NCBI GenBank assembly: GCA_963693055.1
Contig: OY843751.1
Coordinates: forward strand, 2,210,248 to 2,274,247
DNA from: a bacterium
GTDB taxonomy: Bacteria; Zhuqueibacterota; Zhuqueibacteria; Residuimicrobiales; Krinioviventaceae
Reading direction: 5' to 3'
Length of the DNA: 64,000 nucleotides
Positions 9,207 to 18,106 of this stretch are shown here, one piece after another. Position numbers and translations under genes: made by a program. The notes beneath the pieces were generated by a model. It saw only the letters and a program-made list of their open reading frames with translations, was not told where the DNA came from and searched no databases. Positions within the stretch are counted from its first letter, which is position 1. Each line of letters starts with the position of its first letter.

Positions 9207-10912
9207 AGAGATTCCCTTCCAGTATTATTGAATTTAGTTGTTTTTTCGAGTTCATCAATTCTTGCTTCTAGTTTTTTATTATATTTATCCTGATTAATAA
9301 TATACAGGGTCAATTCTTCAATCTTTTGCAAAAGTTTGGTTTGCATTTCACTCACCTGCACACCGTTTTCCTGCATTTCCTGTGAGGAAGGTATTTCCGG
9401 CAGGTGTTTGTTTTGTTGTATAAATTGTTCAACATGCTGAAGAGAGGGAAGGGCATAATCCTTTTCGAAAACAAAATCCGCGCCACCAGCATCGGCCTTG
9501 ATGGTAATATCCTGAGCACTGATCTTGCCGGCAACAGTGAGTTTGGAACCTGATTCAGGATTGCTGCAGCCGAGAATCACTGAACCATCATAGAGTATCC
9601 TCATTCCTTCATTATTTGTACCAACTCCTAAAATTAATGAACCGTTTTCGGTTGACCTGCCTCTTAAAACAGTATCCCCTGCTTTGCTTCCATTAATGAA
9701 ATTATCATTACCAGTTGCTATTCCAAAGAAAGCCCTGTCAGAATCAATATTGTCAGTATTATTTGTGTTAAGCCGGATTTGAGGTGTGGTTGTTTTGGTT
9801 ATCAGAATTATTCCTTCATCCAAATGCATCTTTTGCAAAGGATTGGTAATACCGATCCCTAAATTCCCTCCAAACCTTTGTAGAATCAATGGTTTCACTC
9901 CAACTCCGTCGTGAGTAGCTTGTATAAATCCCTGATCATTTGTTATATCAAAGCCTATTTGCATTTCTTTAGCTGCGTTTGTTTGCCCTCCGATTATCAG
10001 TTGCGGATTGCTTGTTCCATTCCAATCGCCACGAATTGTCAGAACAGCATTTGACGATCCTGTTGCCTGAACTGTTCCTCCCAATACTACATCACCATTT
10101 ACATTTAATTTTGTGGTAGGAGAGGGCGTACCAATACCCAGATTCCCATTTTCATCCAGTACCATTCTGTTTATTTCAGCGTCAACATCTCTGAAAATCA
10201 GTTTGCCTGCTCCTGATGTAGCAACGTTTGCGGTACTACCAATCATATATGACTTACCGTTGGAATTGGGTTCCGCATTTAAATAAATCCCAGGTCCATA
10301 CCCATTACCTGCCCTGGTTACTTTTATATTTCCATCAACATTCAATCGTTCAGTTAAAGTTGTGGTGCCTATTCCAACATTACCCGTTATATTGGTGTCC
10401 CAGTTTAGATCTATTCCATAATCATCAATGATAATTGCATCATTATAATACCAATTATTTCCTGTTCCAAGTTTATCATAATATCTTCTTGTGCCTATAT
10501 ACATTCTGCCTGTTGCATTGCTATTATTGGTATTTGCTGGAGTAACCAGGATTCGCCCTTGTCCCCATTGTCCTGAACCGTCGGTTGATGAAGGTGCTGT
10601 AAACTCTAACATTGAACCTGATTCTGTAGTTCTTGAAGTATTATTGGCATGTATGATAAAAGCATTATTCTGATCTGTAACAGTGTTTATTGTAGTTGCT
10701 GATGTAAAAACGAACCGGGCACGTCCGCCGGAAAAGTCAAGTTTGTAAGTTGGAGTGATTCCAATACCTACATTAGTTGTCAAAGTAGTTGTACTGCTGC
10801 CGGATGTTTCCCAATCATCATTTGTTGTGTCTTGTGCAGCAAGGTTATAAAAGAAGCAACTAATAAAAAACAGGATATTGATTAATCCAAATAGCCATTG
10901 ATTCGTTTTCAT
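9203..10912 (-). CDS. tail-fibre-like secreted protein, paralog family member
   Basis: ORF to 10984 in track; GGAGGAAAGG RBS and SP MKTNQWLFGLINILFFISCFFYNLAAQDTTNDDWETS favour start 10912; conserved C-terminal module. Confidence 0.75.
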   Translation of the reverse strand: MKTNQWLFGLINILFFISCFFYNLAAQDTTNDDWETSGSSTTTLTTNVGIGITPTYKLDFSGGRARFVFTSATTINTVTDQNNAFIIHANNTSRTTESGSMLEFTAPSSTDGSGQWGQGRILVTPANTNNSNATGRMYIGTRRYYDKLGTGNNWYYNDAIIIDDYGIDLNWDTNITGNVGIGTTTLTERLNVDGNIKVTRAGNGYGPGIYLNAEPNSNGKSYMIGSTANVATSGAGKLIFRDVDAEINRMVLDENGNLGIGTPSPTTKLNVNGDVVLGGTVQATGSSNAVLTIRGDWNGTSNPQLIIGGQTNAAKEMQIGFDITNDQGFIQATHDGVGVKPLILQRFGGNLGIGITNPLQKMHLDEGIILITKTTTPQIRLNTNNTDNIDSDRAFFGIATGNDNFINGSKAGDTVLRGRSTENGSLILGVGTNNEGMRILYDGSVILGCSNPESGSKLTVAGKISAQDITIKADAGGADFVFEKDYALPSLQHVEQFIQQNKHLPEIPSSQEMQENGVQVSEMQTKLLQKIEELTLYIINQDKYNKKLEARIDELEKTTKFNNTGRESL

Positions 10913-10943
10913 CTTTCCTTTCCTCCAATGAGATAGAATTTGA

Positions 10944-12695
10944 TTAATTGTTTTGAATTGTTTTGATCCATTTTTTGATTTCACTGTTTTCTTTTTTTAT
11001 GGAATCATTTTCTTTTTTTAATTCAATGACGTATAATGTTAATTCTTCTATTTTTTGTAACAGATTTGCCTGGAACTCACCAATATCAATTCCCTTATTT
11101 GTTGCTTCATCTGCGGAAGGAATACCGGGCAGGTGTTTATTCTGGTGGATAAATGCTTCGGTTTCTTCTATAGACATGAGGTCATAATCATCTTTAAATA
11201 CATAATCAGGTAATGATTCCTGCTGTAACTGGATTTCCTGTGCTTTGATTTTATTGTTTACAACCAGTTCTTTATTTACAGTTACCTGGTTATCCGTATT
11301 TATTGACATTGATACATTATCAGATTCATCGAGAAAAATTATATTATTCCCTTTAATACCCACGGGAGTTGTCCAATCGTTACCGTTATATGCGTCCCAT
11401 AGCATCGTACTTAGTCCACTATTATAATATAATCGTCCTTTTAACAATCCATTACTATTTATACCAATCGAGCCATTAATATCCAGAGTATGGGTGGATT
11501 CCATATTGATACCCAATTTATTTATCTGTGTATAAGCATTTTCCAGATTTATATCAAAAATATTTACATAATTAGAACCACGGATAAATAAATGTTTTGA
11601 GGTTCCTGATTGCTCTTGAATATAAAAATTTCCATTTGCCACTGACATAGACCAATCCATATTTACATCATCTTCTGAAAACCATATAACCGGAGAAGCA
11701 CTTTTAATTTGAAATGAATAATCTGGAGATATTCCAATACCTATTTTGTTGGAAATAAATATATCTCCATCATTTTCCACTTTAATTCCTTCATCATCTC
11801 CATCACCTGATAAAAAATTGGAATTCAGTATGATTTTACCAGTAAGTAAATTCAGATCACCACCTGCATTAATATCAATTAACGGTGTTGAGAAATTTGT
11901 AAATCTAAAGAGAGGTCTGGCATTGACTGTAGTAAATGTTCCGTTTATGGGATCGCCACTGTGAAGTTGACCAATAAATGTTATTAGGGGAACATTTCCA
12001 ATGTCATATTCACTTGTAGTCATTCCCTGGAATATTAATGAATGCCTGGTACTGGATGGAGTTGTACCATAAAAAGCTGGTTCAAATATTCCGGTAGAAT
12101 ATGTAGAATTTTTAATTCCGAATTGATATCCGGTTGCATCACTTACTGTCGCTTTTATAATACTTTCACGGCTCGTTGATTCTGCTAAAGAAACAATATC
12201 AATGGTTGAATTAATATTTGTTGTATTAACGCCTAATTTTCCATTTTCATTAACCCTGAATAATTGTGAGTTTATGTCATTATTATGACTTATAATTAAT
12301 GCAGCATTTTCGTCATTTGTATCCGAATCCAGGTCGATAATGTAATTTCTTAAACCCGATGTCCAGGCATCCCTTGTATCTGTTAGTCGTGTACCGAATA
12401 TTGCATTATTGATTTTTATTTTGTCTAAACCATATGTAGTTCCAATTGTTAATTTTTCTGTTGGATTAATTCCGATTCCCAGTTTACTACTTGCGACTAC
12501 ATCGCCATCATTTTCAACAGTGATTCCTTCATTACCTCCATCATTGGACAGGTAATACCCATTGAGAGAAATGTTTTCGGTAAGCACTTCATCAATACTG
12601 TTACTTGAAGAATTCTCAACAGCAACCAAAAAATTTACCATTGAAAAAAAGAACAACAAAAACAGTTTACCTGTACACATTGTAAGGTTTTTCAT
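10944..12695 (-). CDS. tail-fibre-like secreted protein, divergent paralog
   Basis: SP MKNLTMCTGKLFLLFFFSMVNFLVAVENSSS at rc-ATG 12695 with AAGGTGGG RBS; divergent C-terminal module ...NKHLPGIPSADE..LLQKIEELTLYVIELKKEN. Confidence 0.75.
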   Translation of the reverse strand: MKNLTMCTGKLFLLFFFSMVNFLVAVENSSSNSIDEVLTENISLNGYYLSNDGGNEGITVENDGDVVASSKLGIGINPTEKLTIGTTYGLDKIKINNAIFGTRLTDTRDAWTSGLRNYIIDLDSDTNDENAALIISHNNDINSQLFRVNENGKLGVNTTNINSTIDIVSLAESTSRESIIKATVSDATGYQFGIKNSTYSTGIFEPAFYGTTPSSTRHSLIFQGMTTSEYDIGNVPLITFIGQLHSGDPINGTFTTVNARPLFRFTNFSTPLIDINAGGDLNLLTGKIILNSNFLSGDGDDEGIKVENDGDIFISNKIGIGISPDYSFQIKSASPVIWFSEDDVNMDWSMSVANGNFYIQEQSGTSKHLFIRGSNYVNIFDINLENAYTQINKLGINMESTHTLDINGSIGINSNGLLKGRLYYNSGLSTMLWDAYNGNDWTTPVGIKGNNIIFLDESDNVSMSINTDNQVTVNKELVVNNKIKAQEIQLQQESLPDYVFKDDYDLMSIEETEAFIHQNKHLPGIPSADEATNKGIDIGEFQANLLQKIEELTLYVIELKKENDSIKKENSEIKKWIKTIQNN

Positions 12696-12736
12696 AGACC
12701 CACCTTGATTTTTTGATATGATTAAATAATGAAAGT

Positions 12737-12765
12737 GTTTATTTGATTTGAATCCCCAAATAAAT
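12737..12765 (-). promoter_or_regulatory. conserved leader inverted repeat GTTTATTTG-N10-CAAATAAA
   Basis: read directly. Confidence 0.5.
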
Positions 12766-12826
12766 CCACAATTATTATACAAAAATGGACTCTATTATCC
12801 AATTACTAAATGACGATTTGCAAATA

Positions 12827-12859
12827 AAAAAGGGACAATTTATTAAAACTGTCCCTTTT
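12827..12859 (-). terminator. rho-independent terminator of gene 12889..14265
   Basis: AAAAGGGACAatttattaaaacTGTCCCTTTT. Confidence 0.6.
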
Positions 12860-12888
12860 AAAATCAGTAAATTATTGTGGATCAATAA

Positions 12889-14265
12889 TTATTTTGTTTT
12901 TAGTAAAATATTTTTTTCCAGTTTTTCAATTTTTTTATTCATCTCTATCATGTGCAACGTCAGTTCTTCAATCTTTTGTAAAAGTTTGATCTGCATTTCA
13001 CTCACCTGTACTCCGTTTTCCTGCATCTCTTTTGCAGAGGGGATTTCCGGCAGGTGCTTGTTTTCCAGAACATACTTTTCAACATGTGCAAGAGAAGGGA
13101 GGGCATAATCATTTTTGAAAACAAAATCCGCTCCGGCGTCCACTTTGATGGTAATATCCCGTGCGCTGATTTTGCCGGCAACTGTGAGTTTCGCATCAGC
13201 AACAGGAGATGTAGTTGATGTACCAATACAAACTTGTCCATTAGAATCGATTGAGATGCCTTCATCATCGCCATCACCTGAGATATAGTTGTTATTTGTA
13301 TTAATCGTTCCTTGTAGATTAATATTGCCAGCTGAGCCCGCAACCAACTTTAACATTCCTGGAGAAATTGCATGGTTTTCACCATAGCTTACAATATATG
13401 ACCCCCTGTTTGAACTGATCCCGCCTCCACCGGAAATAGCGACTGATTTTTCATCATTCCCTGTTGTTGTGTTTGTTCTTAAAGTTGTTGTTGATAGTCT
13501 TCCAATAAATGCACCGTTACATTCGATATTGCCTGAGAATGAAGCTATACCTGAATCTGATATTTGTAATCCTTCATCGTCACCATCATTTGAAATAAAA
13601 TTATTATTCATCTCAATATTTGTATTTGTAAACCTGAATGTTCCTTCATTTTCATCAAATCTTCCAACTTCAATGCCATTATTTACATGAAAAACAATAT
13701 CTGCTATATTCCCGGATGAAAAGCCCAAAGCACCTGATGAAGTCATTTTTACAGCAGAGCCTCCCCAACCATTGAAATTCAGTGAAGCTGAATTGTTTAA
13801 TTTAGAAAATTTAACATCCCCATCATTCCCTATTTGAATACCTTCATTATCCCCATCATTTGAAAGATAATTCGAATTTAATATTAAATTTCCATTATTA
13901 AGATGGATATTATCATTTTGATCAATTGATAATGAAATTCTTCCGGCAGTACTGTTAACTATTTGAAAGTAATCTAAACCTGTACCTGAACCGTTGACTC
14001 GCATTGTCCATTCTCTGGCGTCATTTTGTAAACGTAATGTTGCATTTTGGTTCAATGTTGTTGATTTAATTCTCAAGTCAGCCACAGATGTTTGAATGTC
14101 AAAATCATAATTAGGAGATAAACCAATACCCACATTGCCAGTTGTTGTTGTATTGCCATTTCCATCAGTTACCCAGTTATCATCTGATGCTTGTATAGTA
14201 CATGAATAAAAAATAGCAATAAAGATACTGATGAAAAATTTTTTTAACATGGATACAGATTTCAT
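12889..14265 (-). CDS. tail-fibre-like secreted protein, paralog family member
   Basis: 458 aa; SP; SDDNWVTDGNGNTTTTGNVGIG; GDGDDEGI repeats; conserved C-terminal module; GGGAGG RBS. Confidence 0.8.
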   Translation of the reverse strand: MKSVSMLKKFFISIFIAIFYSCTIQASDDNWVTDGNGNTTTTGNVGIGLSPNYDFDIQTSVADLRIKSTTLNQNATLRLQNDAREWTMRVNGSGTGLDYFQIVNSTAGRISLSIDQNDNIHLNNGNLILNSNYLSNDGDNEGIQIGNDGDVKFSKLNNSASLNFNGWGGSAVKMTSSGALGFSSGNIADIVFHVNNGIEVGRFDENEGTFRFTNTNIEMNNNFISNDGDDEGLQISDSGIASFSGNIECNGAFIGRLSTTTLRTNTTTGNDEKSVAISGGGGISSNRGSYIVSYGENHAISPGMLKLVAGSAGNINLQGTINTNNNYISGDGDDEGISIDSNGQVCIGTSTTSPVADAKLTVAGKISARDITIKVDAGADFVFKNDYALPSLAHVEKYVLENKHLPEIPSAKEMQENGVQVSEMQIKLLQKIEELTLHMIEMNKKIEKLEKNILLKTK

Positions 14266-14317
14266 GTTCGCCTCCCTAAATACATTAAAGAATTTGTGTA
14301 AATAGAATGATTAATGT

Positions 14318-14346
14318 GTTTATTTAATATACATCCCCAAATAAAT
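14318..14346 (-). promoter_or_regulatory. conserved leader inverted repeat
   Basis: GTTTATTTA-N11-CAAATAAA downstream of promoter 14356-14384. Confidence 0.5.
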
Positions 14347-14355
14347 CCTCGAAAG

Positions 14356-14384
14356 AATATAGATATATATTTTGAGTGAATCAA
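14356..14384 (-). promoter_or_regulatory. sigma70-like promoter for the unit 12889..14265
   Basis: minus strand TTGATT-17 nt-TATATT. Confidence 0.45.
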
Positions 14385-14400
14385 TGAATTGTTGAAAAGA

Positions 14401-14432
14401 AAAAGGGGAGACGTGGAATAATTTCTCCCCTT
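14401..14432 (-). terminator. rho-independent terminator of gene 14449..15444
   Basis: GGGGAGAcgtggaataatTTCTCCCC + TT. Confidence 0.55.
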
Positions 14433-14448
14433 AATAGTTAATAGGATT

Positions 14449-15444
14449 TTATTTTGCAGAAATCATTTCTTTTAAACGATGATTTTCTTTTTCAAGTGAA
14501 TCTACTTTTTTATTCACTTTTATCATGTGTATTGTCAGTTCTTCGATTTTTTGTAAAAGTTTGCTTTGCATTTCACTCACTTGCACACCGTTTTGCCGCA
14601 TTTCCTGTACTGAGGGGATTTCCGGCAAGTGCTTGTTTTTCTGTATAAACTGTTCAACGTATTCAAGTGAAGGGAGCGCGTAATCTTTTTCAAAAACAAA
14701 ATCCGCACCGGCGTCCACTTTGATGGTAATATCCCGTGCGCTGATTTTGCCGGCAACTGTGAGTTTCGCATCAGCATCAGGAGATGTAGTTGATGTTCCA
14801 ATACAAACTTGTCCATCAGAATTAATTGAAATGCCTTCATCGTCGCCATCATTTGATATATATTTTGTGTTAATCTTTAAATTTGCACCAAATGCAATAG
14901 CATCAGGTGTTGCTGAGTTTTGTTCAAACCAGAAAAAACTTTTTCTGTATGTGTAATCGTCATTCATTGCCTGAAAATACAGATTACCTAATGTTGTGTT
15001 AATTCTCCAATTCTTTTGGTTAGTTGCGACATCATTTTCTTCAAATAATAATTCTGGACTATCTCCATAGACATGTAATAATGATTGCGGATTGGTTGTA
15101 CCAATTCCAACTTGACCACTATTTTTTAGAAACAATGTGTTTTTTAAAATTCCATCTAGTTGTGTTCGAAATTGTAGATTCAAGTTTGTGGTTCCAGATT
15201 CATCTCGTGCTTGAATAAAGGCAGTTCCGGAAGTACCCTCACCATTATAAGAATACAAATAAATATGCCCTCTTCCGTAATAATCGCCATTTACATGTAA
15301 TGATTTTTTGGGATTTAATGTCCCTATCCCAACACTACCGTTTGTAGTCGTTTCAACTGTTGTTGAACCATTCCAGTAATCTTTACTCATAGATTTATTG
15401 CTAAATAAAAATAAAAATGCAAATATCATAATATGCTGTTTCAT
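14449..15444 (-). CDS. tail-fibre-like secreted protein, paralog family member
   Basis: 331 aa; SP; KDYWNGSTTVETTTNGSVGIGT; conserved C-terminal module; AAGGAG RBS. Confidence 0.8.
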   Translation of the reverse strand: MKQHIMIFAFLFLFSNKSMSKDYWNGSTTVETTTNGSVGIGTLNPKKSLHVNGDYYGRGHIYLYSYNGEGTSGTAFIQARDESGTTNLNLQFRTQLDGILKNTLFLKNSGQVGIGTTNPQSLLHVYGDSPELLFEENDVATNQKNWRINTTLGNLYFQAMNDDYTYRKSFFWFEQNSATPDAIAFGANLKINTKYISNDGDDEGISINSDGQVCIGTSTTSPDADAKLTVAGKISARDITIKVDAGADFVFEKDYALPSLEYVEQFIQKNKHLPEIPSVQEMRQNGVQVSEMQSKLLQKIEELTIHMIKVNKKVDSLEKENHRLKEMISAK

Positions 15445-15632
15445 TCATGTTCTCCTTATAAAATGAGATTTTTTATTTATTTTTTAAAAAAAATATGCAA
15501 TTTGTATGGGAATCCAATAAATTTTAAGGAAATAAACTTAACTTTTTAAGCTAATTTTTATAATTAATACGTGTTGACATTTTTTTCAAGAATGTAATAT
15601 TTTAATTAACTTTTAAACGAACAGTTGTTGCT

Positions 15633-15895
15633 TTATCCAATACTGAGTTTTCCGCTTATAAACACATCTCCATCATTTCTATTTGAGATCTTCATTATCT
15701 CCATCATTAAACAGGTAATCCTGTTGAGAGATATGTTATCATCGAGTATAAGCATATCTTCAGTATTGTTATAATTTTGGCTGTTAATCCTATTGCCGGT
15801 ATTTTTTGCATTTTTAACAGCAATGAACAAGTTTCCCAATAAAAAAAAATGAGCAACAAAAATAATCTGCCAGTAAGCATTGCCATGTTTTTCAT
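15633..15895 (-). pseudogene. 5' remnant of a tail-fibre-like paralog (signal peptide + first repeat, frameshifted, body deleted)
   Basis: two overlapping small ORFs MKNMAMLTGRLFLLLIFF... and ...ISNRNDGDVFISGKLSIG resemble the N-terminus of 10944..12695 (MKNLTMCTGKLFLLFFF...NDGGNEGITVENDGDVVASSKLGIG); preceded by a copy of the family leader motif. Confidence 0.6.
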
Positions 15896-15934
15896 TGTAC
15901 CGACTTAATTTTTTTATAATTGATTGAAGGAAAG

Positions 15935-15965
15935 TGTTTATTTGTTTTACAACACGAAATAAACC
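15935..15965 (-). promoter_or_regulatory. conserved leader inverted repeat upstream of paralog remnant
   Basis: GTTTATTTG-N12-(C)AAATAAAC. Confidence 0.4.
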
Positions 15966-16495
15966 AATAACGAAATATACAAAAATAGGATAAGTAAATC
16001 AATGTAGTAAGTTGGAATGATATTAAAAGGAAAACAGAATTTTATTGCCTTTAAATTCTGGGGGTGGTGCTATACATGAATATAAACTATAGGGTATAGG
16101 TTCCGAATGTACCTATGAAGGAATGAACCGATGTCTTCAATCAATAGTATCCAACTTGAGGTGTATTCTGCTAGCTAAAGGCTGTCATGCACTCCGCTAA
16201 GGGAGTTTTTCCTCTATCACTTTCCAATTTTAAATTGGATGAATTGTTAAAAGTACTTAAACGTCGAATTCACCAGTTTGTATAATACCCATACGTATAT
16301 GCTGATTTAGAACAAATCAATACAAGTTGGTAATTGGTATATTTCAATTCGTCCAAAAAAGAGGGCCCTAATGGAGAAACAGGCTAGAATCCCTACCTAA
16401 CAAAGTATAGAGGAGACTGTCGTATCGTAGGTGCGCACGATGCAATGAGAGGAGATGAGGCAGATAAATATCCTCCCTCATCTCTATCTCGATTA

Positions 16496-16798
16496 TTATA
16501 TCTCAAGAAGTGGGTTCTTCATCATATCCGATACATTAGAAAAGTCTGATAATTCCGGATGAGTATAAATATCCGTAGTTGAAATGGATGAATGTCCCAG
16601 AATCTCTTTGATCAAAATTGGATTTTTTGTAAGACGCATGGCGTTTGTTGCAAAACTGTGTCTAAACCATTTAGGAGAATAACGGGAGTCCAATCCACTT
16701 AGCTCTAAATATTTCTTGAATATTTTTGAGGGTCTTGAACGTTCATGTAATTTGTCATAATTAATTTGAGGAAAGACCCGTTCAGAAGTTTTGGGCAA
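16496..16798 (-). pseudogene. tyrosine recombinase/integrase, C-terminal catalytic fragment only
   Basis: ...WFRHSFATNAMRL...ILGHSSISTTDIYTH motifs (R-H-R-Y box II); only ~100 aa; N-terminal two-thirds missing; IS3 element immediately upstream. Confidence 0.6.
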
Positions 16799-16929
16799 GG
16801 ATTGGGGCGCTCCCCATTGTTTAGACAGTTTTAGGTATTATTTAAGGTGTGGAACATCTTTGGTGATAACTTCAGGAGCCCGTAGGGCGACTGGAGTTAT
16901 CACCAAAATAGCTAATTAATTTTCCACGT

Positions 16930-17760
16930 TCAAGTCATTTTTAAATAAATTTGTGCAGGTGTTTGGTATTCCAAACCCTGATGACGCCTTTCGTTGTTAA
17001 AAAAATCAAAGTACCATTCCAAACCCGAATAAAGGTCGAGTCCTGTTTCAGGCGCATTAATATAAACATATTCGTACTTGACGCAACGCCACAACCGCTC
17101 GATAAAAATGTTGTCAAATGCCCGACCCCGGCCATCCATGCTTATCTGGATTTTTTGAGTGTCAAGAACAGCAAGAAAATCTTTGCATGTAAACTGGACG
17201 CCTTGATCGGTGTTAAAAATTGTCGGATCACCATGCTTCTCGAGAGCGCATGTTAGTGCCTCAATGCAAAAAACGGCATCCAAACTGTTCGAGATTCGCC
17301 AGGCCAGAACATATCGGCTAAACCAGTCGATCACCGCAACTAAATACAAAAAACCGCTCGGCATCGGTATATAGGTTATATCTGTACTCCAGACTTGATT
17401 AGGTGCCGTAACTTTATAATCTTTCAGCAGATACGGGTATATTTTATGAACAGCACCATCGTTTTTGAACCGGGGCTTTGGGTAGATTGCCTCAAGCCCC
17501 ATTAAGCGATATAACCGTCTGATTCTTTTCACGTTAACCTTATATCCACGGCCAAGAATATACTGATGCATGCGCCTGGCACCGTAGAATGGTGTTTTCA
17601 TAAACTGAACATCCATAAGGCGCATCAGTTCGAGATTGAGCGCACTTTCCGGTTGTGGCTGATAATAATAACCGGACCGACTGATCCCTAAAAGCTCACA
17701 TTGTCGTCCAATAACGATGTGTTTATATGACGGATCAATCAGCGCACGTTTTTGATGGTG
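16930..17760 (-). CDS. IS3-family transposase OrfB (DDE integrase core), expressed by -1 frameshift from orfA
   Basis: open in -1 frame from 17760 (LTEHHQKRALIDPSYKHIVIGRQCELLGISRSGYYY...); rve-type motifs ...WSTDITYIP..., ...FNTDQGVQFT... Confidence 0.75.
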   Translation of the reverse strand, partial: HHQKRALIDPSYKHIVIGRQCELLGISRSGYYYQPQPESALNLELMRLMDVQFMKTPFYGARRMHQYILGRGYKVNVKRIRRLYRLMGLEAIYPKPRFKNDGAVHKIYPYLLKDYKVTAPNQVWSTDITYIPMPSGFLYLVAVIDWFSRYVLAWRISNSLDAVFCIEALTCALEKHGDPTIFNTDQGVQFTCKDFLAVLDTQKIQISMDGRGRAFDNIFIERLWRCVKYEYVYINAPETGLDLYSGLEWYFDFFNNERRHQGLEYQTPAQIYLKMT

Positions 17761-17761
17761 T

Positions 17762-18046
17762 TCAGTTAAGACACTTTTTTTTTAACCAGTCCAGCTCTAC
17801 TTTGAGTTGACCTATTTGTTTATACAGTTCTGCTTCCAGGTTTTCTTGTTCTTTTTCCTTGCGATCTCTTTTGTTGGAAAAAACGTTCTCAGCCTCAATC
17901 AATAACTGTTTTTTCCAAAGACTAATCTGATTGACGTGAACGCCATATTGGCTGGACAGTTCACTCATTGTTTTTTGTTCTTTGAGTGCCTCCAATGCAA
18001 CTTTTGATTTGAACTTTGCACTGTATCGTTTCCGTTTTGCTTGCAT
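17762..18046 (-). CDS. IS3-family transposase OrfA (HTH)
   Basis: MQAKRKRYSAKFKSKVALEALKEQ...; ends at A9 slippery run. Confidence 0.75.
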   Translation of the reverse strand: MQAKRKRYSAKFKSKVALEALKEQKTMSELSSQYGVHVNQISLWKKQLLIEAENVFSNKRDRKEKEQENLEAELYKQIGQLKVELDWLKKKCLN

Positions 18047-18106
18047 GGCTCCTCCTTTATTGGATAATAAGGTAATAATTCCACACCTTATTTCACTGTC
18101 CTAAAT

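Larger units (their letters stand above)
16843..18090 (-). mobile_element. IS3-family insertion sequence (orfA + frameshifted orfB), 12-bp terminal inverted repeats TAAGGTGTGGAA
   Basis: IR at 16843-16854 and 18079-18090; orfA/orfB -1 frameshift site A9 at 17776-17784. Confidence 0.7.

Noticed and set aside
561-14648. Recurrent + strand ORFs of 60-104 aa (561..875, 2021..2326, 3772..4008, 5222..5458, 6260..6490, 7875..8078, 14454..14648) with similar sequences (..HFTDLYAVFLHFFYRGDFRQVLVCFNELFYVVKRGEG..)
   Set aside because: They are antisense shadows of the conserved C-terminal module of the minus-strand fibre genes. Their conservation is explained by the sense-strand conservation, and there is no RBS.
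16080-16140. Possible tRNA-like segment (GGTTCCGAAT) in the 500-bp non-coding stretch
   Set aside because: Could not build a cloverleaf (no acceptor stem/anticodon arm). Needs tRNAscan to exclude formally.
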